Part shown: one piece after another, positions 36,035-49,861 of the stretch | How the letters are laid out: each line of letters opens with the position of its first letter | Position numbering within the stretch: the stretch's first letter is position 1 | NCBI RefSeq assembly: GCF_001194135.2 | Contig: NC_068985.1 | Location: 27,212,868 to 27,276,867, forward strand | Origin: Octopus bimaculoides | Lineage: Eukaryota | DNA length: 64,000 nt | Direction of reading: 5' to 3' | Notes under the pieces: generated by a model | The model's input: only the letters and a program-made list of their open reading frames with translations | Databases searched by the model: none | What the model was told of the DNA's origin: nothing | Position numbers and translations under genes: made by a program

Positions 36035-36244
36035 GAGGGGGGTGCTGAAAAGCTCCTGGTTCTAAGTCTCATGAAAGGCTTGGTTGGAGACCTAACCCAT
36101 CAAGTTTTTTTGCAAGGCTTAGAAAAACTGAAGAGCTGCTGCAATAAGTGTGATCTGAGAGGAGAATAAGCTGAATAAAATCATAATTAACTGATCCTCT
36201 TGTATTTTCTTTTTCCAAAGCCAGGAACTTTTCAGCACCCCCTC
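36035..36244 (+). mobile_element. Mariner-derived MITE of about 210 bp
   Basis: TIRs GAGGGGGGTGCTGAAAAGCTCCTGG and CCAGGAACTTTTCAGCACCCCCTC. Internal LQGLEKLKSCCNKC resembles the mariner transposase C-terminus. Confidence 0.8.
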
Positions 36245-37395
36245 ATGTGTGTGTGTGTCACTACATTAAATATATAATATGCAACCTGCTGAGCTGTCTT
36301 AGTAGCATTATAGGGCCCCTAGGCAAATCAATGCATTCAGCCCTACAGTATTTAGTTATTGACATCAAGCATGCATAGATCACGATTGGGATTATAGACC
36401 TGTGAGGCCCTCAGGCAACTGCCCAGAGTGTTCAGAACTTAAGATGGCACTGGCAACTTGTAAGTGCCAACTGGTACTAAAATATTGCAAAAAAGTTTAG
36501 AGTTAGTGATAATCCAACATCTTGATAAATAAAGATCAGGGATATGTAAAGATAGAGTAGATTTAATTAACCAAATCTTTATGAACCCTAGATATATTTT
36601 CTCTTTAGATTAGCCCTAAATACTTCTACAAGTACTACTCCTAAAAATATAAGAAGGAAAGGAATTATATACTAAAAATAATTAGATTTATGGAGTGGAG
36701 ATATAGTAAAACAAGAGCGCTTCCTGCCATTTAGATAAAGGAAATGAAAAGCTAATTGCAGTAATGATTACCAAAAGTCACGTCAACAGCTAGTCATATT
36801 TCTCTTAAGAAAATGGGGAGTAGAATAAAGCTTAAAATGAAGAGATGTTTTAAAATACCTTTTTTTTTTTAGTTAATCCCTAAATATTACTGTCTCTCAG
36901 CAACAGTGGTGGTGGACACTGATAATTTAAGGTACAAGTGACTTTTTCCAAATCTACAAAACCTCCAATCCACACAGATATTTTGGTTCCTATTAAATTA
37001 TCAAAACTTTACAAATCACAAGTTTAAGCTATCCTTAATCCATTATTAAATTTTAGACCATCAGCATAGGAAAAAAAAAAGAGAGATGCATTTTCTAAGG
37101 TGTAAAGTAGAAGAAGAGAGCTACACAGTTTACTGAGAGCTAATCACTTTAAATTCTAGCTAATGCTTGTTGTGTATATGAGTGTGTGTATAGCATTCAT
37201 TATCTTTTCTTGATTGCAAAATGAATATTGGGTTAGTGAATTTTAAGATTTAATGTTAGTCTATCTTGAACTTAACCCTGTGGTGTTTTGTTGGGATTAC
37301 ATTTCATGAGTAATTACTTTCTTGTTTTCATAAGTTTAATTGAGACAACATTTCTCACAATCTCTTCTGGGGTGTTCTGGAAGAAAATAGTTTCT

Positions 37396-37628
37396 TATTT
37401 CTTTACTGCCCACAAGGGGCTACACACAGAGGGGACAAACAAGGACAGACAAAGGGATTAAGTCGATTAGATTGACCCCAGTGCGTAACTGGTACTTAAT
37501 TTATCGACTCCGGAAGGATGAAAGGCAAAGTCGACCTCGGCGGAATTTGAACTCAGAACGTAAAGACAGACGAAATACCGCTAAGCATTTCGCCCGGCGC
37601 GCTAACGTTTCTGCCAGCTCACCGCCTT
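37396..37628 (-). mobile_element. Young SINE family A copy, tail type 1, with 21-bp TSD
   Basis: TTCTGGAAGAAAATAGTTTCT (37375-37395) and TTCTGGAAGAAAACAGTTTCT (37627-37647). Confidence 0.93.
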
Positions 37629-38274
37629 CTGGAAGAAAACAGTTTCTGTTTTATGAGGAATAACCAGAATTTATCACTACAAATATGGGATAATAAATTT
37701 ATTACTACAAATATGGGATAATAAATCCAAAACTCAAGATTTCAGTTATAGAATGGTAGATCTTAAGACATTGTTTGTGTATATGAGTGGAAAGAAAGAC
37801 TCCAAAAAGAGAAGACGACAAAAGGGGAGACGAGAGAAATGAGAAAAGGACATCAATATGAGGGAAGAGAGCAACATGGCAGGTAAGAGAAAAGGGCAGT
37901 GAAACAAGAGAGCAGCTAGATGAGAGTGCAATGATATGGAGATAGTGCACAGTGAGACATGAGAAAAGGGCAGTGGGAAGAGAGTATCAAGAACAGAGCA
38001 GAAAACAGCATGCTAAGAGAGTTGCAAGAAGGGAGAAGCAAAATGAAAAGATACAGCAAGATGAAAAAGGGGAACAGCAAGCATGATGAGAAGAGATTAA
38101 AACTGAGATGTTATCAGTAAGAAAGTGACAACGATGGAAAAGATTTCAGCACACAAAAATGAACACGAAAATCTGAAGGTTTTCTCATGAGTAGACAACC
38201 AAAACTTCAAATGAACCATCTTACCTGTGATGCTTTGTTTTTCACTCATACTTCAATAATATTCTAATGTCAAC

Positions 38275-38652
38275 AGGTACAGGCATGGCTATGTAGTTGA
38301 GAAGCTTGCTTTGCAACTGTGTGGTCAAGTGATCAGTTCCACAGCTGACCAAAGCCTAGTGAGTGGATTTGGTAGATGGAAACTGAAAGGAGCCCATTGT
38401 ATATGTGTGTATGTGTACTCTTGTCCTGATATTACATGATATGATGGATGTAAATAAGCAGTACTGTCATATAAGCAATGTTTATTTCTAGCCTTCCATG
38501 TAAAACATATCTGGCCATGGGGAAATATTATTTTATCTGGAAACAGGTGAGATTTGGTGGTAGAAAGGGTATCTAGCTGTAGAAAATTTGCATCAAGAGA
38601 TTCCGTCTGACCCGGTATTCATGGAAAAGTGGATATTAAATAATAATGATAT
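38275..38652 (+). mobile_element. SINE with family B head and RTE-type tail
   Basis: GGCATGGCTATGTAGTTGAGAAGC head, GAGTGGATTTGGTAGATGGAAACTG block and CATGGAAAAGTGGATATTAAATAATAATGAT tail. Confidence 0.75.
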
Positions 38653-38669
38653 CATTTAGTGAAATATGA

Positions 38670-39010
38670 AGGTGCAAGGCTCAGTGGTTAGAGTGTCACG
38701 TTCATAATCATGAGGTACTGAGTTTGATTCTCAGACCAGGCTGTGTTGTGTTCTTGAGCAAGACACTCTATTTCATGTTGCTCCAGGTCACTTAACTGTA
38801 CAACTGTAGAAGTGAGTTGTGATGTCACTGGTGCCAAGTTGATTCAGCCTTTGCCTTTCCCTTGAATAACATTGGTGTCACGGAGAGGGGAGGCTGGTAT
38901 GCATGGGCGACTGCCAGTCTTCCCAAAACAACCTTGCCCAGGCTTGTGTCTCAGAGGGGAAATTTCTAGGTGCAATCTCATGGTCATTCATAACCACAGG
39001 GACTCTTTAC
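38670..39010 (+). mobile_element. tRNA-derived CORE-like SINE
   Basis: GGCTCAGTGGTTAGAGTG (A box), GAGTTTGATTC (B box) and TGTGTTCTTGAGCAAGACAC core. Confidence 0.75.
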
Positions 39011-39538
39011 TCTATGTAGAGAAATGAATCAAGGCCAATTATATAAAACATTTCTGACTGGTCATTTGCACACAATAATATGATGAAAATGTGTTGAATA
39101 TTTAAGATAGATTTGAAAACTACCATACACAAATTCCATCCCCTCCACCAACAAATTTTTATAGGCGTGATGTAAATAACTTGAGCATTTTCAAAATACA
39201 TAATTCTATAGAGTTTGACATTTTAACTAGGTGGAGGTACTACAAGTTTTAGGTTTAAAAAGAAAGGAAAAAAGAAACAAAACAAAACAAAAACGAAAAA
39301 TAAAAAACAAGGAAGTGAGACAGACTGAAACAAATAGAGGATTGCAGGTTGTTTAAGCAATACAATCCTGTAGTTGGCAGAGTATTTGAGATTGTGACCT
39401 TTTAAATCAGTAGTCTAAGAACATATTTACTAAGTCATAACTCAAGAGCTATACAACATAATACAGAAAAGAACGACAGCAAGTACATACACTACATGTA
39501 TATTATGCATGTAAATGTATTATATATATATATATATA

Positions 39539-39918
39539 CAAAAATAAGAGGAATGACCAGCAAATGTGAATTCCTAAATGCTAGAAATAGATGCCGAATC
39601 ATCTAACCACGAAAAAAATATGTTCTCAGTAGAAAATTTAGCGACACAACAGACTGTAAACGAGCAAGACAAATGAAAAAATACTAAATTAAAAAACGAT
39701 TAACCTACGTACCATGGTTTCACCTGTTAAAATTTACATAAGTAAATATCTGCAGGATCGTTTTTTAATTTAGTATTTTTTCATTTGTCTTGCTCGTTTA
39801 CAGTCTGTTGTGTCGCTAAATTTTCTACTGAGAACATATTTTTTTCGTTGTTAGATGATTCGGCATCTATTTCTAGCATTTAGGAATCCACATTTGCTGG
39901 TCATTCCTCTTATTTTTG
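39539..39918. mobile_element. 380-bp foldback element with 162-bp inverted arms (160/162 identical) and a 56-bp spacer, flanked by TA
   Basis: Arms 39539-39700 and 39757-39918 aligned by hand with two mismatches. Abuts (TA)n on the left. Confidence 0.88.
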
Positions 39919-42269
39919 TATGTAATATAATTTTAATCTTCGGATTTTTTAATATGCTAGACCACTGGTTTTAATTGATTAATATCAATTTCTACCCTCA
40001 CTAATAAATTTTAAATATATATATATATATATATAGGTTCCAACAGACATGTATTTATCTTTACTTAAGCACACACATTATATATATATTTTTTTGCATG
40101 GAAAAAGTTTGAAGATTCAGTGATGTTGTTAGACAAAGACAATCCGATGAGACTGGTTACTGGGAAAACTTCTGAATCACCGCCAGCCTTTTCCAAGCAA
40201 AAGTAAAATTCATGGTCTGTCTAGATGTAAAGAGTACTTTTTCACAGTTAATGCTTGACTTTGTATGCAAAATCATCATCATGATTTTACATTTTCTCCA
40301 CCCATGCTAGCATGGATTGGATATAATTTTATGAGACAATGTTTTACAGCTGGATACCCTTCCTGTCAACAATCCTCTGAGCTGTTTTTTAGAGGAAGCA
40401 AGGAGGTATTGTATCTCTTCTAAAACTTGTCTACATTACTGATCATCTTATGTTGCAATTATGCACATAACATGCACTAATATGTGTTTGCTGGTCTGTA
40501 ATATTTTACTACAGTTTTCTGACTATTTGAACCTCTAATCTGGGATATAGAATTTACTATTTTTAAAATTTAATTAAATATCATCAGTAATTAAATTTGC
40601 ATTGCCTATCTCCCTATTTCTGGAATAATCTAAATAATTTGAATTGTCACGTTTGTATTAGTGACTTTGTACAAAACCACTAATTTTGAGGAGGAAACAT
40701 TGCTTCATATATTGACCCTGAGTACCTCACTGGTACTTTATTTCAATAACCTCAGAAGGCTAAGCTGACCTCAGCAGGATTCAAACTCAAAATATAGTGC
40801 TGAGCAAATAAATTAATTTCATACCCAACGTTAGGGGGAAACTTATTTACACATCAACTACAGGACTTGAACTTCAGGAAAGCCTGTTTAGAAGGTGTAT
40901 ATTAAGTTAACCCAAATACATCAGGTGATCTTTCTTTCAGTCTTTTTATGAGTTTTATACATTAGATTGCAACCATGTTGGGGAATTACCCTCAAGGATT
41001 TTAGTCCTCTATCAATAAGTATCAATACTTATTCCATTGGTTTCATAAGGGAAGTAACTGTAATGGAACTTAATACCAAAAGGTATTTTTTGTTTAGCAC
41101 ACTGATTCTCTCATCCTTTTTTCAATATCCATACATATATTCTTGACAGGCTTCTGCAAGTTTCCATCTGTCATATTCCACTCTGTTTAACATGAAGTAA
41201 TTGCTGAACACACTGCCTAGTGTGGTCAAACTTGGAATAACATGGTTACGAAACCAACTTCTTACCCAGGGAGCCATACTGATGCCTATGTTCCTCTGCA
41301 TAAATTAGAAGTCATATTCTAATATATTTCTACAAGACATGATAATTAACTGTAATAATAAACATTTCTATTTTCTGGATTGTTGAGATGGAAAATACTT
41401 CTCATCTTCCAAGATTTCTTCAGATAAAAAAAGACAAAAGGAAGAAACTGCCTTAAATTCAAGTGGCCCAATTACAATTAGACTAAAGCCTAGAAGGAAT
41501 TAACAATTGTTATCATTAAGAATGCATCACAAAGCAAGAAGTCTTTGGTGATGTAATAATAATACGGTAGTACTTTCTATATAACCATTTCATCTGTTTT
41601 AGAATAATGAAATAGGATCGGTAAATCTATTAAGAAAAAAAAAAAAATCTACTATTTAGGGAAAGTTGAGCATTTCTGCAGTAAAAGTACACAAACTGGT
41701 TCTGATAACCAGTTATAGGTAACCTACTTTATTTGACTTAATATGCGTAGGAAAGGTAGGAATGTCACAGTTTCCATTTCACCCTTCCCTAAAAGAGGAA
41801 GGCTTCATGGTTACCTGGAGAAGGAAATGTGAAACCAATTCTAGCAACTCCTTCTTGTGACACTGTGTTAAGGAATTAAAGGGAATTACATCTGGAAACA
41901 AATCTATTTTAAAAATGCTAAGAAAATGTAAATTTTAAGTCAAATTTTTAGAGAGATGAGGCGTCTTAAATGACTTTCAGATGCATAAAGGCTACACACT
42001 ATAATATGTAAGTTATAGCACTTAGTGAATGAAAGTAACTCAGTCAGATGCAAAAGTGTTGTTTAAGCAGGTGGAAGAGAAAAGATTTTTAGCCTGGATG
42101 CTGACAAAAGAGTTTCCATTAGAATTGCTATCAACACAAAACTTATCTAAAACTCTAATTCTAACATGCAATAAGAGACCAATTAGTTTCAGGAAAAAAA
42201 AAAAAAAAAAAAAAAAAATGCTGTAAAAGCAAGCCAACCACTGTGTAGATATATATGTATATGTATTAC

Positions 42270-42491
42270 ACTAACTCAGTTGAAGTGTCTTGTCTTCTGA
42301 GCCACTTTGTGACCTCACTTGTGCTGGTGCCACTAAAAAGTACACACTGTAAATTGGATTGCATTAAGAAGGACATCCATCCACAGAAACCATTCCAAAG
42401 CAAACACAGAAGCTCAGTACAGTCTTCTGGCTAGTTGGTTCCTGTCAAACTGTCTAGTCAATGCAAGCATGGAAAACAAACATTAAGTGAT

Positions 42492-42495
<4 letters not shown>
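42270..42495 (+). mobile_element. Degenerate SINE 3' half with RTE-type tail
   Basis: GCATTAAGAAGGACATCCA block and ATGCAAGCATGGAAAACAAACATTAA tail. Homologous to 52600-52850. Confidence 0.65.
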
Positions 42496-42533
<38 letters not shown>

Positions 42534-44021
42534 TACTAGAAGAATATCCAGCATTGTGTAGGAAATAAAGAATGCATTTGGGGACCAATTTATTGGATGA
42601 GAATCGATGTAATTCTCAATATATTTTGATCATAATGTATATATTATCCGTAACAAATATACACCTTTCGTTTTTAAGAAGTGACCTAGTGGTTAAGGTG
42701 TTGACCTTGCATTCATATGATCATCGGATTGGGTTCTGGACCAAATGGAACATTGTGTCTTTGAGCAATGTACATCATTTCACATTATTCTCATTTACTC
42801 AGCTGAAAATGAATACCAGGCAACTACTGGTGCAATCTTCTCTCCCCCAAGTTGTCACATCTTTGATGTTCTGCTAAGCTAAATGTGGGAAAGTGTCTAT
42901 GTATTTTTGATTGCAACTACATAGGCATGTAAAATGGTTAGCAAAAGCATAGTACTTACTACCAAGTCATACTCACTTGCAAGTGATGGATATATATGTA
43001 TCTACTATATTCATATGGTAGAGTTATACAATAAGCATCTTTCCTACATTTCTGAGTTTAATTCTAACATGGTCAATTTAGTTTCTTTTCTATTTTAATT
43101 TTAAGAGCTTGATAAATTAAACAGTTGTTACATACTGAGATAAAGGATGAGGTAAAAATGAGAGAAGATTTGTCATAGTGATTCTGGTTGGTGGCAGACA
43201 GAAGTTTAGTTCTATAGTATCACACAATGTAAAAAAAAAAAATTAATCAAGAATATAGCCTATTTGTTCATTAATAGAAAGCTGTATCTATTTCATAAAA
43301 TGGCAATAATTTCTAAAGTTAACACAATGTCAAATGTTTGTAGGAAAAAGAGCATTGTCAATTGAATTGATCCTAGTATATTCCAGTACATATTTTATCA
43401 ATCTTGGAGAGATTAGAGTATCCTATTTGATGGCATAAAAGATGCCTGGGCATATTAGGTGCACTCCAATTTCAGCAGCCCATATACAGGAAAAATGATT
43501 TTAGTGCATTAAAGCATGTAATGCTTAAAACAATCTCAGTGCAATCTCAAAGTATGTTAGCTGTAGCAGAAAACATTACTCTATATAAAAAGTAAGTCGG
43601 ACTAGGTAGAATAAACCATTAGGAGTAAAATTAAGTCTATTGCAAAGAATATTACGGACAAAATTAGCTTATGGGAGGTCCAACTTCACATATAGGACCT
43701 GGGGGTAATGTTTTTGAGACTTTTTTTTGGTGGTGGAGGTAAAAGTGTGTTTTATCTGTTATCAAATATCGTAAACTGACAGGATTTGAACTCACAATTA
43801 TAAAGGGTCCAAACAAAATACTATCAGCTATTCAATCCAGCACCACATCAAATATGTTGTGATTGGTGTTGCAGTAGATTTGTATGTATTCAAACCTTAC
43901 AAAAGGTGGATTTACCTTCTGATGTCAAAACAATGTGCACTGGTAGCATCTTGAGTTCAAAAGAACTAGATGGAGGGGATAAGATTCATTATAATTAGTT
44001 AATAGTCACTGTATTGAAAAG

Positions 44022-44415
44022 AGGTCTTTGATTGGTTGAGAAGCTCACTTTGCAGCCATGTTGTTTTGGGCTCAGTCTCACTGTGTGATACCCTTGGTAA
44101 ATGTCTTCTATTATAGCCCCAGGTCGACCAAAGCCTTATGAGTGGATTTGGTAGACAGAATCTGTATGGAAGTCCATTGAATATATATATGTGTATGGGT
44201 GCCTGTCTGTCTGTGTTTGTTTCACCCAGTATTTGACAGCTGGTGTTGGCTTGTTAACATCCCTACAACTTAGTAATTCTGCAAAACAGACCAACAGAAT
44301 AAATACCAGAATTAAAAAATAAGTACTGAGGTTGATTTTGTTTGACTAGACTCTTTAAGGCAGTGTTCCAGCATGGCTGTAGTTCAATGATCGAAACTAG
44401 TAAAGAGTAAAAGAT
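44022..44415 (+). mobile_element. SINE family B, full length
   Basis: Collinear with the 5518 and 62898 copies. Ends TAAAGAGTAAAAGATAAAA. Confidence 0.82.
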
Positions 44416-44995
44416 AAAATGAAGATTTAGGTATAGATTCTATTTGGCCAATTCCTTGAGAACATTGGAAAAAGGGAAACCAGAGAGCTAATGCCTGAAC
44501 AGAGGTACACCTTCATTATATAGTGGGGAGCACATGCAGTTTATGATGATGTGAAGTCAGCTAGTTTGTTCTTTGCAGTTATTGCAGAGAAATCCGAGAG
44601 CTGGCCAGAACTGGCATGAATCATGATGCATCATGTCTGAGAGTGCTGTGCATGTTGCAAAGGTGAAATCACAAAATTCTTAAAATAAAAAGACCATCTA
44701 GATCTATGAGGGTTGCAGTTCCTTGCCACAACAATCCAGTCCCTTTCATCATCTATTATATACTGTGTAAACCTCCAGACTCATGTACAGAGCCCCCAAA
44801 ACACCACTATAACATATTTTAAGACCACTATACCTCTCACTACATCCAAAAGACATATAAAGAATACATATATACATATACACATGCTCAATTTGTAGCA
44901 ACATCAATAAACTCATTAGCTCCAAACACTCCTATGCTGTGATAAATGCAGAAAAACAGAAATTGCTGCGTTTTAACTGGCTGTAAATAATTTAC

Positions 44996-45147
44996 CTACT
45001 ACCAAAGAAACTACATGCTCAGAATGGCCTATGTACCCATATAACAAGCAGTCTTCAAGAAGGTATGGCATTTGGAGTGCTGGATCTGAGGATAGTATCC
45101 AGTTATTTGATTGACTAATTATATACCTTACACTTGTTGGATCAAAG
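44996..45147 (-). CDS. Candidate internal exon FDPTSVRYIISQSNNWILSSDPALQMPYLLEDCLLYGYIGHSEHVVSLVV, phase 2 to 1
   Basis: Long T-rich acceptor ending GTTTAG, donor TAG/GTAAAT and a 152-nt open frame. No family recognised. Confidence 0.38.
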
Positions 45148-48100
45148 CTAAACAAAACAAAAAATTAAAAAAAAAACATACAAAAACTCACAACAACAAA
45201 TGTATAACAATGTCTCCTACAAGTGAATATTTCATTTGGAGACAATATAAATAAGGAAGCAAATATAACAATGAATAACAATATATGTTCGTTCATATCT
45301 GTTTACAAATTACATCTTAATAAAGAACACCAAATAAATACAATAGTTTAGTTACACACACACACGCTTAAAATCGACGTAACATGCTTACACATATATT
45401 TAAAGTAGTAAATACACAATGTATAAAAGCTGATACAAACATGCCATACACATATGAAGCATGCAGACAGTAAAATAAGGCAGCATTAAAAATAAAATTT
45501 CATAAAATAAAATAAATGCCATGATTAGAGAACTGTAAATTCTCTGACATAGTTGTTTTGAAAAAAAATAACTAACTGCAGGTTGTTTCACACCTATTTA
45601 CTTTTCCAAGTTAATATTTCTGTTTTTTTTTTTGTTTGTTTTTCTCTTTTAAATCAATTGCTTTTGAAGTTAGGTGTCCTGCCTAACATTAAACTTAGAG
45701 TGCAGCCTGTTGTCAGCCAAGCAAGCAACTGAAATAAACAGAGTTATGTGCCTTGCTCATAGTAGACTCAATGGTTAATAATGACTGATGTAGCAATAGG
45801 AGTGTCTGGTTTAGGTACATATCAGTAACATGTTTGGTTGACAGACTTTTTCAGAATCAATAAAAAGTAATTAGGGTCTCAGACAAAACTAGCATAGAAT
45901 CCTTATGGTATATACTAATATTTGCATGCTTGTTATATTTTGACTACATACAGTATAGCTATTAAGAAAAAAAATCCTAAAACCTTAAAGTGGACCCTTT
46001 CCTGTTTTATGGAAAATCATTCATCATCATTTAGTGTCTGTTTTCCAAACAATTTCATTTTACTACACTGAATAGATAAAATAATTAAATTCAGAATTAA
46101 CAGTATTTTAAAATGAAATAACTACATAAAATATAACTTGTATAAAATAATATTTTGAACAAAAATTTTCAGAAGAAAAGAACAAATTATACTTTTTTGG
46201 TGTGTATTTTTTTGTTTTACCAAGTCTGTGTTGAGTAAAGGTCAGTTTTTCACAAAAATTGGCACCAGCCATCTACTGCAGTAAAATGTAGAATACAAAA
46301 AGTGCCAATTTCTACTTTCATATAGTAACAAGTTGAAGTAAAGATAAACCACTTCATTTATAATCATTATTATTATTGTTGTTAATGTATTCAGACAATG
46401 ACCTTAATCAATATATGTGTTTTATTCACATGGTCGTTCTGTAGTACCCAGGAAATAGTGAAAATGGGTGCTAGGACTTACAGAAAGATATTATTGTATA
46501 CAACTAAGGTCCACAAATAATAAGTTTATACAAATAGACATTAAACCTTAGGCAAGTAGAGATGCTTTTTCTTTTTTACCTGAGGTACCCAACCCAATGC
46601 TTGGAGCAAAGTACACAACTTACAGGTCTGTTTGTACCTTATCTAATTAACAATGGTGCTTCTTATTCAGAATGGCTTAATAAGAACAGAACCCTTTTCT
46701 AAAGAGAGAAGGATTTAGACCAGATAATTATTTCTGATAATTATCTGAAATTAAAAAGAAAAAGAAGCTTCAGTACTGTGGAGGATCAATACTATAAAAC
46801 ATGTAGACCTGTTTTCTGTTGTATGATATAATACTGGTTTCTTCCATAGGTTCATAGGTATAATAAATAAGATCTTTACAGGAAACGAAATAAGACGTGA
46901 CATTCATGCCTTCTTTAAAGGCATTAGTAACAATTAACAAGGAGTAGTTGAAATGAGGTTATGCACTTAGTTCACCAAGAACTGAGTGTGACAATATGGC
47001 ACATGCTAATGAGAATACCATAGCAAATTCTGTATTAGATCACATGACCGACAGAGTGATTATGACTTTTTATTATTGAGTAACTTTTATTGACTGAGCA
47101 ATCCTATGATATATAGGTAGTACAGCATGAAGGTATTGGACTGAATACCTGACACTCCAGATATAGTATGTTCTCCTTTACTTGACAACTGCATTGAGCA
47201 CTCTGATATGAAGTGGTTTATCATAATAGGAGCAGTATGACATTTGGAGTTTGTTGGGTTTCCTTCATTGTCAAGTCTATTCCTGTATGTTTGAGTGTGA
47301 GAAATACCGTTTTTAATATGGTATTGTAACAATGTACTGGGATGATTAAGATTTATTTGAGAGAGATTGCCCGAAGCATTGACAGCAGTGACTATGCAGC
47401 TTGGATTTTGTTGTGGTAATTCAGCAAACAGTACACTTCACCTTATAAATAAACTACTGTAACCAATCAGTTCCTCTCTGTTCTCAATACAAATCACTCT
47501 CAGATCAACTCCCTTGCAAAAAATTTTGCCTTGGAATTTGTCAAAACAAATCAACTGTGATTTCTTTCATTCTTAAGCAATAAAAGAAGAAAAACAAATT
47601 GTGAAAGGTGGGAGTTACAGGTGATAGATTCAATGCCATGCAAGTATATTACTGATGTGTATTATTATGGAAAGAAGAATTAAAAGTCAACCTTAGTGAG
47701 ATCCAAACACTGAGCCCTAAGAAATGAAACCAAATACCATATAGAATTAAAGAATACATCCCTTACCCATGCTAGCATGGAAGGCAGATGTTAAACGAAG
47801 ATGATGATGATGATCCCTGTACTTTACTGTTATGATTAGTTTCAGCACTCTTTTAACAATCATAAAACAAAATTAATACATGCTGTTTTATACAGGCTGT
47901 TATAAATTCTTTAAAAATGTGAAACCTCACTAATAGTCTGTTAATTTCTGGTTCCAATGAATTCAGGAGGCAACAAATTAATAAAAATATAGTATAGTTT
48001 CACATATGTTATACATTAACTTAGAAAGCTTTGATCAAATGAGATTAACCAAAGAACTAGTAGAAAAGAAAATCCCACAATGTTTACAAATCTAAAAACA

Positions 48101-49813
48101 AGAGTGACAATTGTAATAAGATCAGTTAAATAATTAAAATTTTCAACCCACTTTATTACATTTGTAATGATTTTGTTATAAAACAGAAATGGAAAATAGA
48201 ATTAGTTTCCTCCTGGACATTAGAGAGTTCCTTACTTCCTTCAAAATGAATGTTAATGAGGTTAGTATGATTCTCGTGACATTATGCATTTCAAGACCAA
48301 CTGAGCAAAGCAGTTCCATACAATATAGTGTCTTACTGGAAGTTAAGAGTTAAGCACCTTTGGTCAACTAATTGCTTAACTGACTGCAATTTTTCAACTA
48401 TATTACATATGAAAGTGTGTATTATATTTGTACTAAGCATGCAAACTGTTCCCCTGAGGTATTGTCCTTCAACCATAGTGTTAATAAGTTAATATGTTAG
48501 CTGTCAACATATAAACTGAAGTAACATCTTTTTCTTTAAAAAAACTGAATTTACTGACAGCCATAGAACAAAGTTATTTTGAGATGACATCCATCATAAG
48601 AAGGCACTAAGTTTGTTGTTTATTGAGATTTTAAAATAAATAAAACAATCAAAATTTTGAAGAAGAAAGAAAGAAAAAAAAAGCATAAATGAACAGAATT
48701 TCTTGTAACCAGGCAAGTAAATTATTTTTTTTTTTTTGTTACAATGCTAAGTAAAGCTGTTGAAAAACAATCTAAAATGCGTATTTTCTTCTCACCATCT
48801 AGTGCCATCAAGGTCAAGTAAGTTGCTGGGAACCTGCAATGGCTTAAGTCAATCTATCTATCTATCTTTAAAATTTATGGATATAATTGTAATTCTGAGA
48901 AATAATTAACTGAAGATAGGTAAGGTTGATAATGTCAATAAAAAAACATATATCTTATTTGTTAGCTACATGTTTGGTTTGGCATAAACAAAGAGATTAC
49001 TATCCTATATCTGATACCAAATATTTCAATTTATACAACAAATCATCATGGAGAACTTCTGGATGGGTGTTCAATTTGGGTGAACAAACACATAGATCTC
49101 CCTCATATTACACACCATAATCTTAATAAGAGTACGGACACACTGGATAAATGTATTTCTAGATGCATTACTCTTGAAAATTAGATGAGACAGCCATTGT
49201 TGAAACAACTTCACAATTTAGTCTTTTTTTGTTCAGGATCAATCTGAAGCTAAAAACCAACAACATTTATTACAACAAACAGGCTTCTGTTATTCAAGTA
49301 TTTCTGAAATATTAAAACTTAATGTTAACTGATTAAAATATTGTGAAATTATTAAAAAAAAAAAAAAGAAGAAAAGGTTGCATTTCTTTGTTCTCCTGTA
49401 AGAAAACACTAATAGAAGATAACCAAAAATATTTTTCTGAGCTTAGAAAAATTACAAGGCACTGATGAATTATATTTTCTCTCCCTCAGCAAGTCTTCTT
49501 GAGACCGAGTTGTCATATTCATGTATTTGACTTCTGCAATAACGAAAAATGTGAGCCAGTGCTAATGCAACTAATGTTGGGATAAAAGTGTGATTTGCAA
49601 TTTATTAAGAAATCCACAGATGCTGTACAATTATTTTTAACTATGTTTCTCTGACTTCATAAATCCAACAGAACGGTTGTTGAAGTAAAGATCTGAAAGG
49701 ATATTTCAGTTTCTGAAGTTTAGCTTTACCACTGTAAAATCACTCAAAATTGAAACAAAAAATCAAAGCAAAGAAAAAATAATTTTCACTTGTGGCTACA
49801 GTTGATCAAGCCA

Positions 49814-49850
<37 letters not shown>
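49814..49850. repeat. (AAT)n microsatellite
   Basis: Seen directly. Confidence 0.95.
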
Positions 49851-49861
49851 TTAACAATAAT

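Noticed and set aside
36286-36452. Possible second MITE next to the mariner element
   Set aside because: The putative TIRs match only about 9 of 14 bases and there is no TSD.
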